Assembly (NCBI GenBank): GCA_963788655.1
Contig: CAWBHS010000075.1
Location: 1 to 64,000 of the forward strand
DNA length: 64,000 nucleotides
DNA from: an uncultured Verrucomicrobiae bacterium
GTDB lineage: Bacteria > Verrucomicrobiota > Verrucomicrobiia > Limisphaerales > JAFGQR01
Reading direction: 5' to 3'
The position numbers and the translations under genes were made by a program. The notes beneath the pieces were generated by a model. It was not told where the DNA came from. It did not search any database and saw only the letters and a program-made list of their open reading frames with translations. Of this stretch, positions 50,407 to 61,500 are shown piece by piece. How positions within the stretch are numbered: the first letter of the stretch is position 1; each line of letters starts with the position of its first letter.

Positions 50407-52411
50407 TCATGGGTTTGATTTCCTGGTCGCCTGACGTGGATGGATTTGATAATAGAGCCGGCCATCCTCGGCTCCCGCCACGAGATCAGGAAGGCCATCG
50501 TGATTCCAGTCCACCGTGGTCGGCGAGGTGGTGTGCCCGGCCAGTTTGCGGTCACCGAGCGCGCCTCGATCCACCAGCGTGGTCATGCCGTCTTTCGTTC
50601 CGATGTTTTCCAGCAGGTTGATGTTCACGCTGTTCACGAGGAGATCGAGGTCGCCGTCGCCATCCCAGTCCACGAGGCAAAGCTTGCGGCGACCGGACCC
50701 GCCCGCCTGCTCGTTATTGAGCCGCAAAAGCCCCGCCGTGGCTCCTTTGCCAGAGGGCGAGACGCGGTTATGCCGGTGGTTATAGGTGCCACCCTTGAAG
50801 ATGCGTTTGCCAGGCCGCAATACCAGTTGATCCTCTCGCTTCTCCCGCTGAAAGAAAGCCAGATAACTCTCGCTATCCAGCATGACCAAATCGTTCAGAC
50901 CATCCTGGTCCCAATCCACCACGCACGGCGTCGTACGCCATTGCGTGACCAGTTCCTTGCCCTGCGGATTCCACCAGTTCCAGGCCGGCTTCGGCGGTTT
51001 GCCGGACCATTCGACTTCGACGGGGCGGGCGGCGGCGAGTTCCGGCTTGGACTTGCTGCCTATGTTTTTAAACCAAATGATCTTGCCCCAGATGTCGTTG
51101 ACGACCACGTCGAGCAGACCGTCTTGATCCCAGTCCGCCACGTTCACCACGGTGTATCCCCATTTCGCCTCGCAAGGGCCCTGGATCGATCCATTGGGGC
51201 CGGCTTGGATGTGAATCACTTCGCCGCCGGCCTGGAGCAGGACGGGCTTGGCCCATTTCGGCGGATTGCCTCCGTCCAGGTTTTCGATAAATCCAATATT
51301 GCCCGAGGTGTTGCCGCAGATCAGATCCTCATCGCCGTCGCCGTCCCAATCCACACTGAAGGGCGTGACCAGGGCTCCGAACTTCGACGTCATCGGCCAC
51401 CTGCTGGAAATAGACCGGTTGTTCGAACACTGGGCACACCGGCGGTGTCCAACTTCCCGGTGTTTTCCACGAATGCAACCCGGCCGTCTTCATCGCCGCA
51501 GACCAAATCCACGTCGCCATCCCGATCCCAATCAATGGCCACCGGCGTGATCATCTGCACGTGCATCGCCACTTTCTGCCCGCGTTCTGGAGATAGACGC
51601 CGGCGGCATAAACCGGCTGTTTGCGGGAGCCGGTGTTCTTGAAGTAGGTGAAGCCATCGAGGAATTCGCCGCAGATGAGATCCAGATCACCATCGCCATC
51701 GAAGTCGGCGAAGTTCGGCGACGGCATGCCATAAACGTCCACGTCCTGGCCATTGGCCTGAAGACGGTTGGCCGATTCATATTCGGGGTGATCATTGGAC
51801 CCGCGATTGTGGAAGATATAGACGTATCCATGCAGCGGGCCGCGTTGCCATTCCCCCTGGCTGTTGAAGGCATTGTCCCAACCGTAATCTCCCCAGTAAC
51901 CGGCTCCGAAACTGAGATCCAAAACTCCATCGCCATCGAAGTCCACGTACTTCCATTGTTTGGCCCGCATCTGCCCCTCGCCCACTTTGACGGAGGGAAA
52001 CTTCAACTCCTTTGACTCCTTGAACTCGTTCCCGAGGAAGTTCACGAATTCGAGGCCGGAACCCTTGGTCTCATCGCGCGTGGTCAACACGCGGGGCTGG
52101 CCGGCCACGTAGGAAACCTGGACGTTCTTCAGGCCCTTGTTAATCCGAACCGCCGGCTTAAAGAGCGGCAGCTTCGGATCACTCCCGGTATTCTCGAAGA
52201 AATAGGTGCCGTTGTAGGGCGCATCCGGACAGGAAACAACGAGGTCCAGATCGCCATCGCCGTCCCAGTCCATCGGCAGGGGCCAGGCCCAAAGCCCAAC
52301 CCCGAGGTCCGCGGTGAGTCCTGGATGATTATACTGCACGCGCTCGAAGGCGGGCAGCGGCAGGATCATCCATTGAATTGCAATGACAACGAATGGGAAC
52401 CAAATTTTCAT
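50407..52411 (-). CDS. Secreted FG-GAP/VCBS repeat protein; about three frameshifts at 51385-51585
   Basis: Repeated DWDGDGDLDL / DFDGDGDLDL / DWDQDGLLD motifs across ORFs 51551..52411, 51390..51572, 51329..51535 and 50407..51393; signal peptide. Confidence 0.85.
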
Positions 52412-52424
52412 GCGGTCAGGGTGT

Positions 52425-54370
52425 TCAAGGGGAATTGAAGTTCAGAACGAGCGATCGGGTACCTTTTTGAATTTGAACGACACCGCTGTTCCATTCCGAT
52501 TTCATAAACGGGCTGTCGTACACCTTCGCCGGAGCATAATTTACCGTCACTCCGTTGATGGTCGGCGCCTTTGAATAATCGGCGAAGAACGTGAACGAGT
52601 CACCGTAGATTCCTGTGTAATGGAGGACCTCGCCGGCAAACGACAAGGGGTTGCCCACCACCTTGGCCCGAAATGCATCAAACGATTTGTAGCCTGATTT
52701 CTGGTCGGCTTCCAGGATCACCGGCGAATATTCGTCGTCGCAATACAACCACTTCCCCCTGGTCCTGGAACTGGATTCCTCCCAATGGTATCCACCCCGC
52801 ACCACACACACGGCAGCGTAGGCCCCGGTTGATTCGGAAAAGACCCAATGTGTTCCTTCCAGTCGGCTCAGTCAGGCCATCCGCCGCAAACCAGACCCTC
52901 ACCCGGCCCGTCGCTTTGCTGTATTTCAGTTTTTGGGAAATGAGTGTCCCCATCCTTTGAACCGACCACATTGAGTTGTAAGCCCGATTGTTCTTCGTCT
53001 TTTCATATTCCGGAAGGATGCCCGCCACCGTGTTTCCGGCAAAGATCACTCCCTGCGAGCGGTTCTGCGAACTGATCAGGGTCCAATCCGTATCCGGCCT
53101 CGCCTCAAACATCGCGGTGCCAATGATGAACTCGGGCGTGCAATAGGAATACCGCACGATCCCTCCAAAATCGGTTCGCATGTGATAGACGGGCGGCGTG
53201 TAGAAACCGTCGGTCGGCCAGGCCCATCGCACGTTGAACAACCTCATACCGTCCCCTTCCCTTCCCATCGCAGGCAATATCCACCACCACCAAAGGGGGG
53301 CGATATGAGGTGGTCATGGCCGAAAGCAGGGTGCTGCGGAAGCGGGGCTCTTCCCCAATTCCAAAAAAGAGGTATCCCAGGTCAGACGTTGATGGGGATA
53401 TATCGGAGTAAAGCCTGGATTTCCCGCCACCGGATATGCCGTTGATCTGCTCTTCGCCCCAGTAGGCGAAATACAAGTCGAGATAAAGCCCGGCTCTGCG
53501 CTTCAGCTCCGTGTCCTGGGTGAAATCATAGATGTTGAAAATGCCCTTCAGGCTCTTCTCGTTGTAATCCTGGGACATCGCTTCAATAAACAGCCCCTTC
53601 TTTGCGCGCTCGGTAAAATACAGTTTCAAATACTCATTCCACTGCTTGAAATGAGCCGCCGCATTCAGTCCGTCGTCATAAATGCGATCTTTGAAACCGG
53701 ACCGTTCCCTGGCCAGCTTTGCATAGTGCCACAACGTGCAGAAGCTCTGCGAGTGATGGTTTTCCGATTCATAAATGTACCAGGTATTGGACTCCTGCGC
53801 GTCGGCCTCGGCTTTGGTGTTAACGTCCTTCTGGATCGTTCGTTGCTGTCGCTTACAATAAAGCCATATCGCTTCCAGTATCTTGTCTTCCGTTCCGGGC
53901 TTGAGCAGACCAGGGGTCTTGGTCCCGTGTTGACCGAACATTTCAATCAGGCGAAGGGCCATTTCCGAATGCCAGTGAAAGTGGTCGCGGTGTAAAACTT
54001 GCCCCGGGTTGTTCACAAAATACTCGCCATACTCAACCAGGGCAGAATTTGCTGAAGCAATATCCTGACCGTGCCACAGGTTTGCCATGGCATATTCGAT
54101 CCGGGGATAGGCGTAACGCTGAGGAGCATTCCACCCGGATCGACCCATATCGTTTAGGCTTTTCCCCTTTTGCGCATCAAATAAGTCGGCGACCCGGTGA
54201 TCGTAGCCATCGCGGATGGCGACCAATGCTGCGTCCGAGGTGATGGAGGGAGCCTGTCCCGCTGCCCCGGCTGCCCACGCCAGGCAACACCAGAAGAGTA
54301 TTGCCGAGACGATTCGGGAGATGCCATCAAGAGGTTTTCTTGTTGGTTGCCTGGACCTTCCAATGCTCAT
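52425..54370 (-). CDS. Secreted hypothetical protein, split by several frameshifts
   Basis: Signal peptide ...IVSAILFWCCLAWAAGAAG; ESENHH, YFTERAKKGLFIE..SQDY, GGGKSR, YSYCTPEFIIGT; joins ORFs 53105.., 52678..53277 and 52425..52811. Confidence 0.65.
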
Positions 54371-54419
54371 CCGTTCCCGATCTGTCGTTGTCGTCCGTTG
54401 TGAGTGGATTTTCACGGGA

Positions 54420-57400
54420 TTACTCGAAGCGCAGTTCGCTCCACAGGGCCGGGGTGAGCCGGGCTTCGTCCGGCACATCGTTGGTGTTGTTGGCGGCCGG
54501 GTTGCTCCAGTAGTTGCGTGAGGTGCATTCCTGTCCGGCACTGTCGGAGAGGAGAATGCCGAAGTCGCCGCGCAGGATCTTGCCCTTGAGCGAATCGAGG
54601 CCAAGGGCGCTGAGGGGGATCGCCACCGTGACAGCATAGCCGCCGGAGACGGGCTTCATGGCCAGCGGGATGTCGAGAACCTTGATGCGGTCGAAGTGGA
54701 CGACACGCCAGGGTGAACTGAGATCGCCGCCTTCCTCTTTGGCAGCACCGGGAACTACAGGTTGGTAGAGCACGGCCAGGGGCTTGCCGCCCTTGACGGT
54801 GACCAGCAAGCGCAAGTCACCCGCCACCGGGTTTGTCGCCCTTGGCTGTTGAGGTGCGCAGCATCAGGTCAACGCCGTCGCCGGTGATGAACATCAGGCG
54901 TTCGTCCTGGCCGGCATTGCGCAGGGCGGAATTGTCCTTCACCTGCCAGGCCACGTACAGATTCTTGTCGTCGTAGCAGGCTTTGGCTTTGCCGACTACG
55001 CCGCCACCGCCGGCGATCTCGACACTGTCCTTGTCCATCTGCCAGGACGCCAACTCGCCGTTCAGCGCAGGTGCGGCGGTCACCGGCTTGATGGTGCAGA
55101 CCTTGGGCCGTAGCGCGCGGGCAGCGCGCCGGACGCGCAATGATTCCGCGGCGACGAGATCGTCCTTGGTCACGTCCACCGCAACGGAGAAGCGTTGGAG
55201 ACTGTCGAGCCCGGTCAGTTCGTAAACGATGGCGGCGGTGCCGCCGCCGATGACATGGTATTTGCCATCTTCGGTCTTACAGAACCAACCACCGAAGCTC
55301 TCGCCACCGGCGGTCATGGCGTCGCACGGCATGCCGGGCGTGGCCTGGGCCGGGACGTCGTACCAACCGCGGCAGTCATTCCATAGGGACTGCACCCAGA
55401 GGCCGTCTTCGGTGAAGATGAAGTTCTGCCCGAGGTTGCCATTGAGATAGAAGACCTCGCCGACCTCCGGGTTGACCCAGGCGGTGCCGTAGAAGCTGCT
55501 GGGGCCAATGAGCAGACCGGGGCGCGGCGCAGGGGCGCGATGCGAGCCGTGGACGGAGACAAATTCATTGGGATAGGTCCACAGGATCTTGCCGGCGGGG
55601 TCAACCGCACACAGCGGGGTCTGGTTGAGATAGCAGCGGTTGTCCCGGCCGACCAGCAGCATGCCTTCGCCGGAGATGCCAGACTCCGGCTTGATCTTGT
55701 TCACTTTATCGAGCGCGAAGAGCGGCGTGCCACCGGCGGAGAATGTCTCCGGCTTCCAGGTCCACAAGAACGCCCTGGCCGGGGATGACCACGGTGAGAT
55801 CTTCGCCCATCGGTCTGGCCCCAGTAGTAGCCACCGAGATGGCCGTCGCAGGTCTGGATCTCGTCAAACTGGGCGCTGCCGTCGTCGTTGCGATCCACCC
55901 AGCAGAAAACCTTGCCGAAACGTCCCTGCCAGAGGGGACCGGTGAACTTCCGATTCCACTGTTGGTGGTTGGCTTCGTCAATGGTCTTGCCCAGGCCGAC
56001 ATTGCCAAATTCGGCGCAGTGCCGCCAGCCGCCGTCCTTGCGGCGGACCAGGATTTTGACCATGGAGGAGTCGCGGGCGGTGGAGCGGACCTGGATGTAT
56101 TCGTGGCCGTTGACGCGGGCGAAGCGGGTGACCCAGCCGAAGCCGGTGCCGAGGGCGTCGGTCAGCGTGAAGAACGGGCGCCAGGTCTGGCGGGCTTCGT
56201 CCCACCGGTACTCGGTTTCTTCGCTGAAGGCGACGGTGTGGTCGAAGGGATTGAGCTGGCCGCCGGCGGCGTAGGCAGTGGTTCCGATGAGGTCGAAGGC
56301 CAGTTTGCCGTCCGGCGTCCAGACGCTGGTGCGCTTGGGTTGCTGGTGGCTTTCGGTGACCCAGAGGCGGCCCCGGCTGTCGATGGCGATCTGCGCGGGG
56401 TTGAGCATTCCGGTTTCGTCGAAGAAGCCGGCGGCAGGCCGGCCGCCGACCTTGCCGATGGCCGGGAGTGGTTTGCCGTCCGCGGTGAAGACGGCGACGT
56501 TCATAGCCGTGCCGCGCTGGCTGACGTAGATGCGCCCTTCGGCATCCACTGCGAGTGAGTGGGGAGCGATCAGGCCGGAGGCGAGGACGGTTGGCGCTGT
56601 CGCAGCAGGGTCGGTGACATAGAGCGTGTCGGCGGCGGCCAACAGGATTTTGCCATCAGCGCGGAAGGCGATGGCCGTGAGGCCTGCGGGCAGGTTGACC
56701 AATTCCTTGACGGTATCACCCGTCTCGGCATCCAACAGAAGAACCTTGCGCTCCCCGGCGAGAATCACGGCCAGGGAGTGGTCCTTGACGGCGATGGCGC
56801 GCATCTGTTCGAAACCGTCTTTCTCGCGAATGGGCAGGTCGAGAATCGGCTTGCCGTCCTTGTCCTTGCGGTTCCAGGCGGCATAGGCGCCGGTCTTGAG
56901 ATCGCAACGCCAGATGGAGAAGCGGTTGTCGCCGCCGTCCACGTTGGCGATCCACAGGATCCTGCCGTCAGTGGCCAGGCTGATTCGTCCGCCGCCAAAG
57001 GCGCGGCGGTTGGCGAGTCCCCATTGCCGCCGGCCCTGGAGGTCAACGCCGATGAGGTGAGGACCCGCTTCGCCCATGGCACAGGCGAGGGCGCCGCGAT
57101 CCCCGGGACCGAAGGCAACGGCTTCGGGGGGCGTGTGGTCGCCGTAGAAGGCCCCTTTGCCGTCCGCGGTATTCCAGGGCGGGTCGCCGGGACTGGCGAA
57201 GCTGCCTTCGTAGGTCAGGTGCAGACCGTCGTGGTGAAGACCTTTGACGGTATAACGGCCGGGGGGCACCAGTTTCCCGTTGTCGTCGAGACAATCCCAC
57301 CGGTCGGTGTGGGCTCCTGCCTGACGTTCCGCGGAGGCCAGAAGATTGCGCACGCGCCGACCCTGCGCGTCATCAATGGCCAGGGTGACACGCTGGTCCC

Positions 57401-58241
57401 GGGGCAACGTGTAGGCGATCTTGACCGGGCCTTCCGGTGGCTCGGCGGCAGCGGCCAGTTCCCAGGACGGGGTGGGAAGTTTCAGCTTGCCGGACTTTTC
57501 GAGGAAGACCGGCCCCCAGGCGTCCCGCGCAGTCCAGAAGAACTCACGGCTGGTCTGGCCTTCCTGGAGGTTGTCGGCATAACGGTGAACGGGCCAGTCG
57601 GCCTCGCCCCAGAGCAATTCGACGCCGCAGGCGAAGCGTTCGCCGAGGGCCGCGCGGCCACCCAGCGTGATCAGGCTCCAGGGAAGTTTCACCTCCTGCA
57701 CGTAGCCCTTGCCGTCGTCATCTTTGCGGAAAGCCATTTCCGCGCCCCGGTCGAGGATCCAGCCGTCTTTGCGGTACAGATTGGCGGAGCCTCCGCCGAA
57801 CGGTTCGGTCAGGCTCTTGCCGTATTCGATGTTGATGAACGGCTCCATCTTGCCGGCAAAACACCAGGCGGTGACGTGGCAGATGCGGTCGGTCTTGATA
57901 CGCAATTGAACACTGTCGCCGGCCCAGCCTTTGTCGATTTGGAATCGCGGATCGTGGCTGTTGCCGAGAGGGATGGGATCTTTCCAGTGGATGGAGATGT
58001 AGAGATTGTCGGCATCGTGCATCATCGCGACGCGACCGGAGTAGATCTCCTTGAGTGAACTGACGTCATAGCAAATCAGGACCTGGCCGGAGAGATCCCA
58101 GTCTGCGAGGTTGCCATCGATGGCAACTTTCCCGGGGTTTGGGACAGCGTGGATGCCGTGGTTGTCAGTCTGCATGGCGCTCGCCCCCTGCCAGGCGAGC
58201 AGGATCCCGAGAAGGCAGCAGAGCCGGATGGTGTTTTTCAT
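54420..58241 (-). CDS. Large secreted protein with CBM9-like, FlgD Ig-like and NHL beta-propeller domains; frameshifts near 55790 and 54833
   Basis: Signal peptide MKNTIRLCCLLGILLAWQGASA; IDGNLADW; VTLAIDDAQGRRVRNL...WDCLDDNGKLVPPGRY (FlgD); PHSLAVDAEGRIYVS, PAQIAIDSRGRLWV (NHL); YDDKNLYVAWQVKD. Confidence 0.8.
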
Positions 58242-58344
58242 GGGCGCGCTTCTTTGGCATTGATCAGCATGGCCGGGAATGCTTGAGTCAATGGCGATGG
58301 TTGTGTTCATGCGCCATCGAGGTTACGGAATAATCATTCGTTTG

Positions 58345-58543
58345 TCCACGCCGGGCGCGTCTGAACAAGGCGCTGGACGAAGTCCGGCGGGCCGAAACCA
58401 CTCGGCTGCGGACAGCGGACCGGGCGCGGGCTGATGCCCTCGAGAACATGCGTTCGCAAAAAGCAACGCCGCGGAGCCTATGGCGGGATTTCAACCAAAA
58501 CCCTGAATGCCTCACTTTATTCACACATCTTGCCCGAAGAAAC
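58345..58543 (+). mobile_element. ISL3-family transposase remnant with possible right terminal repeat
   Basis: From 58361 LNKALDEVRRAETTRL matches the segment after the ISL3 DRFH motif; ends with TTCACACATCTTGCCCGAAGAAAC, similar to ISL3 right ends (..GAAGAACC/GAGCC). Confidence 0.6.
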
Positions 58544-58589
58544 AATGTTCCAGTTGTAGGTTTCCTGCATGCGTGGGATCACACCAACC

Positions 58590-61500
58590 TCAATTGCCCA
58601 GCAGCACTTTGACGTGATCGCCGTTGGGGTTGCCGCCCACCATCTCGCTGACCGCGAGGTCTGGAGCGCCATTACCGTCGAAATCACCGACTGTGAACGC
58701 GAATGGCGCGTCGAACTGAAGGGGACTCTGGCGGGCGGTGGTGAAGCCGGTGCCATTCTGGTTCAGCCAGAGATGGATTCGCTTCTCGCCGCCGGCGATG
58801 AGCAGGAGGTCGGGAAACGAGTTGCCATCCAGTTCAGCCAACGCGAAATCGGCAGCCCCGCCGCCGGCGGCGGAGGACTCGAAGCGGAAGATGAATGGGC
58901 TGGAAAACCCGCCGGCTCCGTCCCCCGGATACACCGCGTTATTTCCAAAGCCATTGCCGACAAGGTCCAGATTGCCGTCGTTGTCGAAGTCGGTTAATTC
59001 CAGCCGGCCGTAGTAGTACAGTGGAGGCGCGCCCTGTTCGGTGAATCCGCCCGCTCCATTGTTCAACTCGACGTGCTGGTCCAGAAAGGCCGCAAAGACA
59101 AAGTCGTTCAGACCATCGTTGTTGAAGTCGCCGATGCGCAGGGTTTTGGCTTCATCGTTGAAAACGAAATTCGCCACCGACCCCATGCTGGTGAAGGTGC
59201 CGTCCCCGTTGCCCTGATAGAGTTGAATGCTGCCGCGAATGCCCACCAGCAGGTCGAGAAACGCGTCTCCCGTCAGTTCACCCACGTCGAAGCTGTTGGG
59301 GTTCGTGGCCGTCTGCACCCGATGGATTTCGAGGTAGTGCCCGGCACCATCGTTCGTTGCCACCATCACTCCCGATGGAGTTGTGAACGCGTTCTTGCAG
59401 ATCAGGTCGGGCCAGGTGTCGTTGTTCAAATCCGCCACTGTGATCTGGGCTGTGTTGTCGAACAACTGGCCGCCCATGACGTGGTTGGTGAGGAGATGAA
59501 AATTGCCCAGCCCGTCGCTCTGCATCAACACCAGCGTGCTCGCCTGGCTCGCGGTGCTTTCAGCGGCGATCATGGCGAGATCGTCGTGGCCGTCTTTGTT
59601 GAAGTCCACAGCGGCCAGCTTCGTGATGACGGGCCATTGAGCCGTCATCAGGCCCGGTCCGAAACACGGTGCCGGACAGGGCGCGAAGGTGATGTTGTAG
59701 ATGTCCTTCGGAAACGTGGCGGCCACCGTTGCCGCGGCATTGGTTGGATTCACCAGCAGGATATCGCTGCTCAGAGTGAACCCGCTCGAGGTGATGGCGC
59801 TGGCGTAGAGTTGTCCATTCTGATGCTGCGCCAGGCCCCAGACTTCATCGTAACCGAGCGGCCCGATGACGCGAACCACATTGGGACCGCCGGCAAAGGA
59901 GAGTTCCACGAGTTCGTCCTCCGGCGAGCCTTCCGCCACGCCGAAGAGGTGTTGCGCTCCGTTGCCGTCCACGAAGCGGGCAACGGCTTTGATGTCGCGG
60001 ATGAACGGGGCTCCCACAAGCACTGTCGGCCCTCCTGGCAATGGGTGTCGGAACAACTGTCCCGTGGGGGTTCCGTCGGTGGGATTCAGCACGGTTCCGA
60101 TGAGATACGGTTGGACGGCCTGAAAACGGGCGATTGAACCGGCTCGATAGTTTGTGCCGCCCACTTGAAGTGTGGCGAGGTCGGTGACCGGGATGTGGCC
60201 GGACGAATCGCTGGCGAGCGGATCAATGCGGTGCGAGTTGGCGCCCACCTGGGATCCAAATGTGACGCCGCCGACGAAATTGGTCGCCGGCAAACTATAG
60301 GACCCGCCCTGTGATGAACTGGTGGCCGTTCGACCGGAGTGGCTGACTGCCGAGTAGCTGGAGATGTTGGGGAACGGATCGTAGCAGTACGCTTCCGACG
60401 CCACTGCGAGCCGGTTGCCGAGGGGACTGTTCAAGGCGAAGAGCAAATCGCCGCTGGGTTCGAACGTCATCGCAAAGTCGAGAGCTCCTTGCGGAGACCC
60501 AACCGCCCCGGCACGGCCAAGCGTCAGGTCCAGCATGGCCAGCCGGAAGCCGCCCGTCTTGCCATGCACTTGGGCAAACATGATGCCGGATGGCGGACCG
60601 TTCGTGATCGGGCACGTTCGTGACACGCCCGGCGGCAGCGACAAAGGATCGAAGCCGAGCATCCATTCGATGCCGTCCCACACCTGATCCGCGTCCGAAT
60701 CCGCCAGGTGCGGGCTGGTGCCAAGCTGCCGCTCGATCGGATCGGGCACGCAATCGCCGTCCGTGTCGGCGTTGGTCGGATCGTCACCCGCCAGCAATTC
60801 CTCGCCATCGGGCGAGCCGTCGCCATCGGTGTCTGGCACAGCCGGGTCGGTACCCAACGCGATTTCGTCCTCGTCCGAAATTCCGTCGCCGTCGGTGTCA
60901 GGACCGGGCAGCGACAGGATGCGTTTGAAGAGCAAGTCGTAGATCGGATCGGCGATGGGTTCCTGGTTGCCGTGGCGTTCCACGGGCCGCACGGCGATGG
61001 TGTTGAAGCCGGGGAACAACAGGAGATTCAGTTTGTACGGCGGACGGGCCGGAGGCTGAATCGTGGTGTCGCCAAACAGATACACGTCGAACTCGGGATT
61101 GTTCGACGGCACAATGCGAGCGGTGCGCACCTGGCCCGGTTGTTCACCGTGAATCTCGATTTCCAGCGGCGCGGTGCCGAGCGGATGGTCGTTGGTGAGT
61201 TGCAGCAGCGAACTCGCGGTCACCGCATCGCGCAGCACGTCCGGCGTGAACGGCGGGCCATCCACGTATTGATCGCCATTCGCTCCGGGCGGAGTCGGAC
61301 CAAGACCGCGAAACACCACCGGGCGACCCCGGGCTTCAGAGGCATCATAGATAATCACTCCGCCATCACCCGCTTCACCTCCTTTGCTGCTCACCCGGCC
61401 GCCGATGGTCCGATGAAACACGCCGCCGCCGCCAAGCGCGATCAATTCTGCGGCACTGCCACCGCCGCCGCCACCCGCACTGAGGACGAGTACCGATGGC

